DNA of 28,265 nucleotides. It comes from a virus. Taxonomy: Duplodnaviria > Caudoviricetes. The stretch covers positions 1 to 28,265 of IMG/VR virus record IMGVR_UViG_3300027683_000017, one strand, 5' to 3'. A model generated the notes under the pieces. That model was not told the origin of the DNA. It did no database searches and saw nothing but the letters and a program-made list of their open reading frames with translations. The position numbers and the translations under genes were made by a program. Positions 1-10,200 of the stretch are shown one piece after another; position 1 is the first letter of the stretch, and the number at the start of each line of letters is the position of its first letter.

Positions 1-79
1 TTCCAGCTCCAGAAGGACTCGCCAAAAATATAGCTTTGGGGCTGGTTACAACCTCTAAAAGAATAGACAATAGTTTCAT
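1..79 (-). CDS. 5' part of a P-loop NTPase/kinase-like protein (runs off the window)
   Basis: Manual translation from the ATG at 79: MKLLSILLEVVTSPKAIFLASPSGAG. This is a hydrophobic strand followed by the start of a Walker A-like loop; the next codon, where Lys is expected, is cut by the window edge. ATATTTAT element upstream at 94-101. Confidence 0.6.
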   Translation of the reverse strand, partial: MKLLSILLEVVTSPKAIFLASPSGAG

Positions 80-100
80 AGCGAATATTTGTAATAAATA

Positions 101-868
101 TTACAAATCTCGTTTAGCTCTAGTTTTAAACCCAGTAAATATAGGTGTAGGATTTGGATTTTCTAGGTCAAACAAACGTTTTACAGTTTGAAAAATGTCT
201 AAATTTTCTTCTTTTGAACGTGAAGACTCATACATTTCCCATCCCTTACCCTGCATTTTACCTTTAGCTGGTCCTCGTTTTGAAGATTTTAACCACAATA
301 TCCCAGTTCGGTCTACTTTTTTACCAAAACACTCCTCAAAACATTGAGCATAAACTGCAGTTTGTAAATCATAAGTAGTTTGAAGATGATTAGATGTTTT
401 AAAGTCTATAACCCATAATTCTCCATTTAATTCACAGACTAAGTCACAAGTACCAGCTACTTTATATTTGTCTGAGAATAGATGGACTTCTGCTTCTATT
501 AGGGTTGGTTTATATTCTTCCCACCAGTCAACAAATTTAATAAACATTTGCCAAACATCTGGGTTATATCTAGGATTATCATATTCATCTAAGAAAGTTA
601 ATTCTTTACCATTAAGATAATTTTCAATCATATTATGAACCTGAGTACCTTCCTCACTTGCTTTTCGAACTATATGGTCTGCTGAGAATCCAACTTGTTT
701 TAGCCAATCTTCAAAATATTTTCCTTTAGGATAGTATTGCAAAACATATGTTATAGAAGGATAATATTCACCATTTCGTCTATAATATCTTGAATCAGGA
801 AGTGTTATTTGCTTATGATCATCTGATATTTCTAATATCCGACCATAAGAGTTTTTTATTTTACTCAT
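101..868 (-). CDS. PD-(D/E)XK superfamily exonuclease (phage Cas4/RecB-like)
   Basis: YPSIT N-terminus, GTQVH, E-x-H-L...AGTCDL...IDFKTS, QTAVYA motifs; adjacent to primase with an ATGA overlap. Confidence 0.85.
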   Translation of the reverse strand: MSKIKNSYGRILEISDDHKQITLPDSRYYRRNGEYYPSITYVLQYYPKGKYFEDWLKQVGFSADHIVRKASEEGTQVHNMIENYLNGKELTFLDEYDNPRYNPDVWQMFIKFVDWWEEYKPTLIEAEVHLFSDKYKVAGTCDLVCELNGELWVIDFKTSNHLQTTYDLQTAVYAQCFEECFGKKVDRTGILWLKSSKRGPAKGKMQGKGWEMYESSRSKEENLDIFQTVKRLFDLENPNPTPIFTGFKTRAKRDL

Positions 869-1791
869 GTTAATAATTTTCTAGTTAGTAACCCAGATAA
901 GGTTAAGGGTTGAGATCTATGTAGTATATCTAAAAAGGAATTAAATCCTATTTCAGAAGGATCTTTACCATTCATTTCTAATAAGTGAACTTCTTTACCT
1001 TCATTCATAAATTGTTCACAAAATCCTAAAGCATCTTTCTGGGCGTCTTGGTCTAAAACTATATAGATTTGTTTAACTTTAGATGAGACAATTTTTTTCA
1101 TTAAGTTGTTTTGGATATGTTTTCCTAATAATGGAATAGCATTACGTTTAATAGCCATAGCATCAAAAGGGCCTTCACATAATACTATTGGTGATTCCCA
1201 ATTAATAAAAAGTTCAAAGGGTATAATATCTTTAGAAACAGAAGGATTTTTATATTTTCTATATGATTCTTTTTCAAAACTTCTACCTACAAAGAAATTA
1301 AGTTCACCTTTAAAGTTGTAGGAAGGGATAATAATCATGTTAGCATATTCTCCAAACTCACAATATCCAATATTATATTTAATAATATCTTCAACAGTTA
1401 TACCTCGTTTTTTTAAATAAAAAAGTGCATGTTTAGCAGAAATACCTGTTGGGGTAGGATATAAAGGAGTAAATTCTTCTGGTAGGTTGAGTTGATTTTT
1501 GACAACTGTTTCTTCTACTTCATATCCACCCCTAGTATAAGATTTTGCTTCGGCTATTTTTTCAGGTGAAGCTTCTGTTTTTTTAAATAATCCTACTATA
1601 GTTTTTCCTCTCGTATTACAAACCCAACAATGCCAAGGATTATGTCCTTGTTTATTTTCAGTGAAATTTATTTCAAGTTTAGGTTTATGGTGATGGCAAA
1701 AAGGACAATGATAAGCATAGTTACCATTTGATGTTTTTCTACCTTGCCCTAAGACAGAATCAACTAGAGTTACTAGGATGTGATTAATCAT
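865..1791 (-). CDS. DNA primase (CHC2 zinc finger + TOPRIM)
   Basis: CPFCHH...WHCWVC zinc finger; YLKKRGI; IIIP...GR...KYKN; LCEGPFDAM and LDQDA TOPRIM motifs. ATG at 1791 preferred over TTG at 1794. Confidence 0.92.
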   Translation of the reverse strand: MINHILVTLVDSVLGQGRKTSNGNYAYHCPFCHHHKPKLEINFTENKQGHNPWHCWVCNTRGKTIVGLFKKTEASPEKIAEAKSYTRGGYEVEETVVKNQLNLPEEFTPLYPTPTGISAKHALFYLKKRGITVEDIIKYNIGYCEFGEYANMIIIPSYNFKGELNFFVGRSFEKESYRKYKNPSVSKDIIPFELFINWESPIVLCEGPFDAMAIKRNAIPLLGKHIQNNLMKKIVSSKVKQIYIVLDQDAQKDALGFCEQFMNEGKEVHLLEMNGKDPSEIGFNSFLDILHRSQPLTLSGLLTRKLLT

Positions 1792-1798
1792 CAAAGTA

Positions 1799-1829
1799 TA
1801 AAGATATAAAACTATTCTTGAGTATCAAA
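1799..1829 (-). promoter_or_regulatory. Bacteroidota-type (-33/-7) promoter for primase-exonuclease
   Basis: Minus strand TTTG-N19-TATCTTTA, 7 nt before the primase ATG; matches the TTTG/TAnnTTTG consensus except for the last base. Confidence 0.65.
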
Positions 1830-2264
1830 ATCTTTTCTATAAAACTTGCCTAGGATGTTGTCATTATAAAAGGCATCTGGGTATTCTAGTACCCCATTTA
1901 TGAATAACCATTTAGTTTCAAAGTAAGTTAATAGTTTTTTGTTATTTACAAATTGAATGATTTCTCGTTTAAATTCTTCTTTTTTACCTTGAGTAATATA
2001 TTCTTTAATATCTTTTTGAGAACCATAATAGGTTTTCCAATCACTTTCTTTTTGAACTATTTTATATAGAGATTTCCTACCTCTACCAGTTAATAATTCT
2101 AATTCAGCTTTAGTAAGTTTTTTCTTTTGATTATGGTAAAGTACTTTTTTACCAATATATATTTTATTAGAAAGAATATGGGTTACCTTATAGATAAATC
2201 CATATGTTCCTTCAGGAAATTGTGATATGTTAACAATCTCATCTTCATAATATAACCAATTCAT
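1812..2264 (-). CDS. Free-standing GIY-YIG (Seg-like) endonuclease
   Basis: GFIY-x9-IYIGKK, SDWKTYYGS, F-x-REI...E and YNDNI motifs typical of small phage GIY-YIG proteins. Confidence 0.8.
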   Translation of the reverse strand: MNWLYYEDEIVNISQFPEGTYGFIYKVTHILSNKIYIGKKVLYHNQKKKLTKAELELLTGRGRKSLYKIVQKESDWKTYYGSQKDIKEYITQGKKEEFKREIIQFVNNKKLLTYFETKWLFINGVLEYPDAFYNDNILGKFYRKDFDTQE

Positions 2265-3112
2265 CTATCAATGTTTATTAATATTGTTGTATCTGTTGTT
2301 TGAGAAGTGGGTAAAGGTTGAGCTAATTTACCCACTGCTATCAATTCTTGATTTTCATTATATAATCCTACAGTAGTAACATAAGGTGAAAAATCAGACC
2401 CTGTTACAAAATCTTTGTAAGTATCAGTTGATCCACTTTTTAGTAATGAGGGATTTAATGAGTAATTGTATTCATTAGCTCTAATAGTACATTTATATTG
2501 AGTCTCATATAATGTTATTGAAGACTGAAATTCAATGTTGGGGACTGAGAAGGTTGTTCCTATTCCGCTGCCAGTTCCTGTAAAGATTAGAATTCCATCT
2601 TCATATATGATGTTGCCAGCATGGGTAGAAGATGATATTATATTTCCTTCTCCATCATCTGTATAAGAACCTGAAGGGATAGAGCTGGCTGATATTATTA
2701 TTTGAAGAGAATTGGGTTGGATATAATTACCATAATATTTAGATGGTATAGATACAACTCCTATATTCCCATTAGTTACATAATATCTTAAAGATCCAGT
2801 AGTATTAGATAAAGAATTTATATAGTTAGTTGTGTAAGCGGGACCTATTACAGTACCATCAGTGTTAAATGAAGCTGTAGAGGCATTGGAAATCAAACCA
2901 TTACTACCTGAAATATAATTACTATAATATAACTGTTTAATAGAGTTGAATACTAAAGCCGCGCTGGATGTACCTTCACTTTCTCCTGATAGTGAATAAG
3001 TTATATTTGAGCCTGTAAAATATGAGTAATATCCACTCCCAGAAAAAGTCTTATTAACTGTAAATGGGGTTACAATTACATCATTACTGGTGAGTGTTTT
3101 TAAGTAACTCAT
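2261..3112 (-). CDS. Virion structural protein (baseplate/tail-fibre attachment-like C-terminus)
   Basis: Ser/Thr/Gly-rich; C-terminal NEYNYSLNPS...PYVTTVGLYNENQELIAVGKLAQP is paralogous to the upstream gene; lies in the structural operon. Confidence 0.65.
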   Translation of the reverse strand: MSYLKTLTSNDVIVTPFTVNKTFSGSGYYSYFTGSNITYSLSGESEGTSSAALVFNSIKQLYYSNYISGSNGLISNASTASFNTDGTVIGPAYTTNYINSLSNTTGSLRYYVTNGNIGVVSIPSKYYGNYIQPNSLQIIISASSIPSGSYTDDGEGNIISSSTHAGNIIYEDGILIFTGTGSGIGTTFSVPNIEFQSSITLYETQYKCTIRANEYNYSLNPSLLKSGSTDTYKDFVTGSDFSPYVTTVGLYNENQELIAVGKLAQPLPTSQTTDTTILINIDR

Positions 3113-3115
3113 TCA

Positions 3116-4132
3116 TTAGAAGTCTAATTTAACTCTAATAAGAGCTTCTTTGGTGAAATCTTTCTTAAGTGGTTTGCTTAATTTAGCTACAGCTAATAAC
3201 TCATTAGCATCATTATACAAACCTACAGTTGTGATAAATGTTTGAGGAGCATTTATAAAATCATTATATAGTACTTCACCTGTAGATCCAGAAATAAATG
3301 ATGGATTTTCAGAATAATTAAATTCTGAGTTTCTAGCTCTTATAAATAGATAATCAGAAGTTATATTTTCCTGACTGTTTAATTTAAAATTAGCCGCTCC
3401 TGATAAAGCTGTATAGAGTTTTATAGAATTACCAGCGTCAGTATTTGGAGTGTAACTGGTAGCTAAACCTATACCACCATTGGCTGTTGATAAGTCTAAA
3501 GCTGAGGCGTTTAATAAAATAGTCCCTATGTCAGGTAAGAATAAACCATATGAACCTGAGTTGGCTGTATAGCCATCATTTGAGTAAGCTTCACCTGCTG
3601 TTCCACTAACTATTTGATACACTCTACCGGCCTCATTAAATGATACAACTGAGGTGTCATTACTATTATCTGTAAGTTGTAAAGTAGCACTGCTTGATTT
3701 TAATCTTAAGTCTAAAGTACCTAAAAATAAATTTCCTTTAAATCTAGATCTATTAACAGTGATAGCATAAAAACTTTGGGTCACTGGGGTTTTATCTCCA
3801 AAAACAAAACTACTGTTTTCATCTCCTAAAACAATATTTTGGAATTGACCAAATATAGTTGAAGAAGGAGACTTACCAGAGATACCAGAATCATATAATA
3901 ATGATCCTAATCCATTTTCATTACCAAAAGCTATATTAAATTGAACTTCAGCTTCATCTAAAATAGAGCTAGTTTGAAATATACTAACATAATAATCTCC
4001 ACTAGTACCAGCTACTTGGACTGAAGAGGTAAAGAATGTGGTTAGGGTGGGAGTATTACCAGTCCAAGCCCCCGCTGTCACTGAGTCAGCACTGATTAAA
4101 AAATCTTCAGGGTCTAATCTTTTAAATGACAT
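3116..4132 (-). CDS. Virion structural protein (baseplate/tail-fibre attachment-like C-terminus)
   Basis: C-terminal SEFNYSENPS...TFITTVGLYNDANELLAVAKLSKP is paralogous to 2261..3112. Confidence 0.65.
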   Translation of the reverse strand: MSFKRLDPEDFLISADSVTAGAWTGNTPTLTTFFTSSVQVAGTSGDYYVSIFQTSSILDEAEVQFNIAFGNENGLGSLLYDSGISGKSPSSTIFGQFQNIVLGDENSSFVFGDKTPVTQSFYAITVNRSRFKGNLFLGTLDLRLKSSSATLQLTDNSNDTSVVSFNEAGRVYQIVSGTAGEAYSNDGYTANSGSYGLFLPDIGTILLNASALDLSTANGGIGLATSYTPNTDAGNSIKLYTALSGAANFKLNSQENITSDYLFIRARNSEFNYSENPSFISGSTGEVLYNDFINAPQTFITTVGLYNDANELLAVAKLSKPLKKDFTKEALIRVKLDF

Positions 4133-4140
4133 GTTTTATA

Positions 4141-4797
4141 TTAAGCTGTTTTAGTGATTATTACAGGGACTGTTATTCTGGCGCCACTATCTCTACCAAC
4201 AATTTGTAATGTAGTATAAAGTTGAGTGTTAGAACCAAATAATGTGTTAATGGTTGTGGCTGTTAAATTAATTGTAGTTCCAACAACTGTTTTAGATACA
4301 TTAGTACCTAATGTTTGAGTTTGATTTAAAGTAGTAGCTTCAGTTGTTTGAACACCTACACCATTAAAGGTATTTAATACTCTAACATCAGCTATTGTAG
4401 CAGTATACCCATTTTGTTCAAAAACTTGATTATTACCTAAATAATTAAGAGTTTGAGGTGTAATAGCTAAAGAAGCACCTTGTTTTAAGGTGATAGAAGT
4501 ATAACCAAGATCCAAAACAGGCATTTTAGCTGTTCCTCTAGGTAAGGTAACTAACTTATATCTTAAGTTTTGAGTTGTTTCTGGAAAGGCTTCTAAAAGA
4601 GGCATGTTTTCTATGGCTTGGCCATAATAAGCGCTCCCTGAGGGGTGGATAGGATTATATAAAGTATAATCTATCTCATCATCAGATAGGGCAAATTGAG
4701 TGATTTTAAAAGATCCATCACCTCTAGCTAATAATTCTCTACCTTTATTAGTTAATATGGCATCTACTGTTACTACAGAGTTATTTAAGTATCCCAT
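4141..4797 (-). CDS. Virion structural protein with tail-collar/fibre-like N-terminus
   Basis: AILTNKGRELLARG...KITQFALSD resembles the start of P2 gpH-type (DUF3751) fibre N-termini; ATATTTAT element at 4817-4824. Confidence 0.6.
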   Translation of the reverse strand: MGYLNNSVVTVDAILTNKGRELLARGDGSFKITQFALSDDEIDYTLYNPIHPSGSAYYGQAIENMPLLEAFPETTQNLRYKLVTLPRGTAKMPVLDLGYTSITLKQGASLAITPQTLNYLGNNQVFEQNGYTATIADVRVLNTFNGVGVQTTEATTLNQTQTLGTNVSKTVVGTTINLTATTINTLFGSNTQLYTTLQIVGRDSGARITVPVIITKTA

Positions 4798-4841
4798 TTT
4801 GTTTATTTGTATAATAATAAATATTACTATTCTTTAGTTTT

Positions 4842-6227
4842 TTATAATATATTTTTTTCTTTTAATTGAGATAGTATATTATCTAAATTATTTTTTAATC
4901 TTTCAGAAGGATATTTTGGTAAAATTATTCCTGTAAAAGGATTATCAGGATCACTGATGGTTGATTTTTTAACTATATCTAATATTAAATATTTTATATC
5001 TTCATTATCTACTCTGTGGATAATAAAATTATCTATATTAGTTCCATCTGGTATGGTAGTATTTAGTTTGAGTTTTAAAAGTCCTTGACCATCTTCTTGA
5101 GGAGAAATAGTTTCATATATATAATAGTCTTTAGAAGGATCATACTCAAATCTTATTCTATCTCCAATTCTTGGTGTGAAGGTATTAGTTATAGGAGAAA
5201 GCCCAAAAGATCCCCCAGTGCCAATAAAATTAGATGTATTTTGAATATTACCGTGGTTTAATGATAAAAAACTAGAAGCAGTTAACCAAGTTATATTTGT
5301 ATCACTCCCAGTAGACCAAAAATTAGTTTGGGTTCTAAATGGTGGGAGAGGACTAGTGGTAGCTAAAGAAAAAGCTATGTTAGAAAAAGTCACAGGAGTT
5401 GTAGTCTGAGCTTGGATTCGTATTTGGGTAAGGGAATTTGGGGGAGAACCTAATAGATTATTACGTGGTATAGTAGTTATAAATTCTCTTTGTTTAGATA
5501 AGTTAGGGGGGATTATAAAAATATCTTCACTAAGAGTTATAGTTCCTCTTTTAAGTATAACTATCATTTCAGCAGGACGAGAATTATTATTGGTAACATT
5601 ATAGGAGATCTTAAATGTAAAAGTATTTATAGTTTGAACAAGTTTATTAGAACTTGTAAGTATTAATAATCCAGAGCTAGAATCAAAATTAGCATTATTT
5701 AAAGGAGCTACAATTATATCATCAAAATTAGTGATATTAGTATAAGAGATATCATCAAAATTTAAACTAGAAGTTCTAACCATTGTGCCTAAAACATCAC
5801 TAACTGTAGGAGATGATACTGCAGGAGCTCCATTAGGAGCTGAGAATGTTAAATTTAGGGTATAACTTGATGAAGGTATTCCATATTGAGTATATAATAT
5901 GGGTTTTTGAGAACCTACTCCTGTTATAAGATGTTCACCTCCTAATTGAGTATTAATACTAGAAGCATTATCTGTTCTAACTATAGCTGTTTTACCTATA
6001 GGAAAATTTTGGAGAAGATTTAATCTAGCTATAGAGTCTGAAGAGGGTTTAGCTATTTCTCCCTCATAATCTACAACATATTCTATAAAATAAGCTGTGT
6101 TATCTATTATTTCAGGCCCAGTTCCTCCAGCTCCTTTAAAGACTATAAAATAATCTTGGGTTTGTTCAGCTACAGGTAGACCTCCTAAAACACCATAAAC
6201 ATTATCAGGTTGTAATTGAGTTGCCAT
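4842..6227 (-). CDS. Putative virion structural protein (beta-rich)
   Basis: 461-aa S/T/N-rich ORF, coupled to the upstream gene by a TAATG overlap, within the baseplate operon. Confidence 0.5.
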   Translation of the reverse strand: MATQLQPDNVYGVLGGLPVAEQTQDYFIVFKGAGGTGPEIIDNTAYFIEYVVDYEGEIAKPSSDSIARLNLLQNFPIGKTAIVRTDNASSINTQLGGEHLITGVGSQKPILYTQYGIPSSSYTLNLTFSAPNGAPAVSSPTVSDVLGTMVRTSSLNFDDISYTNITNFDDIIVAPLNNANFDSSSGLLILTSSNKLVQTINTFTFKISYNVTNNNSRPAEMIVILKRGTITLSEDIFIIPPNLSKQREFITTIPRNNLLGSPPNSLTQIRIQAQTTTPVTFSNIAFSLATTSPLPPFRTQTNFWSTGSDTNITWLTASSFLSLNHGNIQNTSNFIGTGGSFGLSPITNTFTPRIGDRIRFEYDPSKDYYIYETISPQEDGQGLLKLKLNTTIPDGTNIDNFIIHRVDNEDIKYLILDIVKKSTISDPDNPFTGIILPKYPSERLKNNLDNILSQLKEKNIL

Positions 6228-7240
6228 TATGTAGTTATATTAAAATCTGGTGATGAAACTCTACTCCCGTTGTATCTACTATTAGACCATCCTGTGGCTG
6301 TATAATTTGAGTCTTGGACAGGGGCTACATCCGCATTACCACTAATCAAAAGATTAAAATTAGTAGGTACTAAGCCAGTTGAATAATCTATATCTTGATA
6401 AATATTAGAATATCTAGGTATAGTAGCATTATTTAATAAAGCATTATCATCTAATATATTAAAATCAGAGTTGGGTGGGGAGATATTAATGAGAGAAGAA
6501 GAAGGGATAGAGAGTGAAGTCGCTACTATATTAAGTTCAGCAAATGAAGCTGTTACTAAACTAGCATTTAATGTGTTAGTTATTTGTATATAAAAATAAG
6601 TTCCACTAATATTATTTACTAGACTAGATATTTGGGAAAAAGATGTAGATCCACTAAATCTATTTGTTGTATTGCTAAGTACACTAGCTGAGGCTAAGTG
6701 GATAGTTTGAGGGGGATATCCTGTGGCTATCAAATATAAGGAAGCTGTAAAAGGAGCATTTACACCACCATTATTGTTTTTTATAGAGCAGGTAAATTGT
6801 ATAATTAATTCTTCATTAGGATCTTTTCTAAAAGTATACTTAGAGGGGTCAGGACTACTAGATCCGGTTTGAAAAAAAGAAATAGCATCTCCTGTTGAAT
6901 TATTATTACCACTTCCTGAACCTATATTCCAAAAGTATTGTGTTGCTCCTATTCCAGGCCATGAGGGCCCATTTAATGAGCTTGTATTATATGAAGCGCT
7001 AGCTCTTAAACTAAAGCCATATCTACCGGGGGTAGAAGAAGTTGTAGCTGTGGGTATTATTCCTAAAATAAAATAATTTGATTTTTGTTGGGTTGTTAAA
7101 ATATCATATTGGACAGAGCCGGTACCCATATAATTAATTCTAATAGAATCAGCGTTTTGTAAAGTAGAACTATAATTATTACCTCTACTGTCTATAGGAT
7201 TAATTTTTAAATATTTTACACCTGATGATACTACAGCCAT
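6227..7240 (-). CDS. Putative virion structural protein (tail/baseplate associated)
   Basis: 337-aa Ser/Thr-rich ORF downstream of the large baseplate gene; C-terminal VQDSNY...SRYNGS. Confidence 0.5.
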   Translation of the reverse strand: MAVVSSGVKYLKINPIDSRGNNYSSTLQNADSIRINYMGTGSVQYDILTTQQKSNYFILGIIPTATTSSTPGRYGFSLRASASYNTSSLNGPSWPGIGATQYFWNIGSGSGNNNSTGDAISFFQTGSSSPDPSKYTFRKDPNEELIIQFTCSIKNNNGGVNAPFTASLYLIATGYPPQTIHLASASVLSNTTNRFSGSTSFSQISSLVNNISGTYFYIQITNTLNASLVTASFAELNIVATSLSIPSSSLINISPPNSDFNILDDNALLNNATIPRYSNIYQDIDYSTGLVPTNFNLLISGNADVAPVQDSNYTATGWSNSRYNGSRVSSPDFNITT

Positions 7241-7260
7241 TTTATAGTTTTATTAATTTT

Positions 7261-10200
7261 TTATCTTCCTCCAGGAATTACAGGAGGTGTTCCTCCCCCA
7301 CCACCTCCAGTAGAACTAGCTCCTTCAGTACTTCCTGTATCATACCATAAATATATTTCACCAGCACCCGGGAATATAGAATCTTGAACAAACCTAGTGT
7401 AACTAGTTATATCTGATGAATATAGGTAAGGGGTATATTCAATTTCTAAAGTAGATGGGAATTTTGAGTTATTCCAATCATTTAATTCCCCATTAGTAGC
7501 TTTAATTTCTGTACCTTTTAACTCTCCATTATAAAATTCGTCTTCAGTTTTATGAGTTAATGTTGTACTACCTGAGGGGGTAAGGATAGTCTCATCCCAA
7601 ATTTGATAATTTTCTAAAGGGTTAGAAGGTTTAGGAGTGATATATGGGTAACTATATACAATAGCTCCCGCTAAAATGTCTACAGAGGATGAAGGGTTAT
7701 AAGAAGATAAACAATATAAAGAAGTATATAAAATATTCCCCCCGTCTATCTTAGTTAAGACTTCAAAAACTTCATTTTCTAATGGAAAAACTGTAGAAAA
7801 TTTAAATATATAATTATTATTTGAACTGAGTGTGGTTACATTTAAATTTTCAATTTCTCCTCTTAAAGAGGAAGATAATGAGGCTGATAGAAGATAATTA
7901 GCACCCCCTATTGAAATTTCATGACCAAATGTTAAGGGAGGGTTATATTTAGATACTATCCCAGAATGTAAAGAAATGGTTCCTTGAGAAGGATCTGTAT
8001 AAAAAATTCCGTCTGAAGTAAGATAATTAGATCCTGAGAAAAGGTTAGTAAATGATGTTGGAATAGGACCTAATATTGATCTAGATCCTGAGAGAGAACT
8101 AGGGGGAAGGGGAAGGTCACTGTAGTCATTTAATACTCCACCAGCACCCCCGTTTATTTTACTTATTCTTGAATTAGAGATATAAGTACCACTAGTTATA
8201 GGATCCCACATTTGTTGTGAATAGATAGATCCACTATAATAATGTTGAGAAATTTCAACTTGAGCTGGTCTTTGTCTATTTCTTTCAAGTAAATGTTGTT
8301 TTATAACTACTCCTGTTGAAAGACCTGATTTGGCAGGAGTGAAATCTTTAATCATTTTAAATAAAGAATTATCAAAATATTTGATAAGTCTTATATAATC
8401 ATTCCAATTATAATTTTTATAATATTTGTCAAAATAAGAATTACGTAGCCTATCTAAGTCAGGATAAGAATAAGAAGATTCAGATACTTGACGTGGGTCT
8501 CCAATATATTCTCCTATATTAAAATACCCCATTGATGAATTAATATCATCATTAATTTCATTTTGAGGTGAAAAAGCTACTTCAATATAATTTACATCTC
8601 GAATATAACTTTCACTTTGAGGATATCTTTGTTGTATAGTTCTATATGGAGTTAAGACATCTCCTGTTGGGAGAAGATTATCTTCTATTCTTATTTTTTG
8701 TGAGATTCTATTTTTTATACCAACTGTAGGTTGGTCATAATATATAAATTCAGTTTGGGGATAGAATATAGAACGGGTATTTATAGTGTAATTACTATCA
8801 GTACTAAAAGAGTTAGTAATAAATGATCCAGTTACTTTAGGATGGATAGATGTTCTAGTTCCTGTTGTAGTTATCAAGTCTGATCCTAAAGGAGCTCTAA
8901 AAATAAGGTTATTAGCTGATGATGAGTAGTTAGATCCTTCTATAGAATAGGGATTCATAACTAAATCATAAAACTCATTTTCACCTAATTCTACATTATA
9001 ATATCTTAATTCTTGATAAGAACCTATAAAGGAAGTATAAATATTTCCCCCAAATCTAACAGGATTAGGTAGTCCAGAGGCAGATATAAAAGGAATATAT
9101 AAGAGTATAGATTCACTCCAAGCTGTACTTAAATTAGTAGTTGAGTTTGAAGCTGTATAACCTATTTTAAATCCATTGTTCCCATTATAAATTTTATTAG
9201 CTGCTTTTAAGGTATAAGTACTACCAGATGATAAACTAATTGACCACCAATTGCCATCATAAAAAGGAGCGTCTATTGAAACTACAGAACTTGTACCTAA
9301 AGTTGAACCTGAGCTCCAATAAGTTAAAGTGGCATATTGGTTAGAAGAGGAAGGGATAGATCCTGAATAAGAAGCACTTGAATATCCTGATCCTGTATAG
9401 GTTAGAGTTATGTATCCAGTATTGATAGGACTAAATAAATCAGCATCAAGATGAGCTAATATTTGAAATTGATTTGAAGGAGGGAGAGAATTAGGTTTAA
9501 ACCTAAAAGATAAAGTTTGAGGTTTGTTATTAGGAGAATTCCATAAGTTATTAACAGACCAAGGTATATCTATTAAACTAGATGTAAAAGATGATGAGAT
9601 ATAAAAAGTATAATTAGATTTATTTTGAAAATAATCCCAATCATTAGTATTATCTTTATCCTTACCTCCAAATTCAGATATTCTTAATATTGTATCAGGG
9701 ATACCAAATATATTAATTAGAGCCCTTAAACCTTCAACTGTACCTTTTTTCTTAAGTAGATAAGGTAAATTATGGTAAATTCTTTTGTAAGTTTCTTTAT
9801 TTAAATCATCTAGTTTAATTAAAGGAGGTGATATATTTGGTATACTTCCTGTGAAGAAAGCAATAGCTGGAGGTCCTTGGGCTAATAAATCACTTAAATA
9901 AACTGAGCTAGTAGGTGTTCCTGGGGGTGATATGAAATAATCATAATTTACTATAAAATTCTGGCTTATACATGTGAACACATCATTTTTATAATATAAT
10001 GATGAAGATTCAACAAATCCTCTATAATTATAATCACTATAATAAACATAGTCTGTAATTAATTCAGATCCAGTAGGGGGTAATAAACTTCCAGAACCAT
10101 TTATACCTAGTAAAGCTGAGTATAAATCATCTGATGAAAAGTTATTTTGATATAAATTAACTCCCATACTTTGAATAGCATTAGCTACTATATCTTTAGA

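Noticed and set aside
101-868. CRISPR-associated Cas4
   Set aside because: No four-Cys Fe-S pattern or cas context; coupled to primase like a replication/recombination nuclease.
1812-2264. Group I intron around the GIY-YIG gene
   Set aside because: Both flanking genes look complete and abut it, leaving no room for an intron core.
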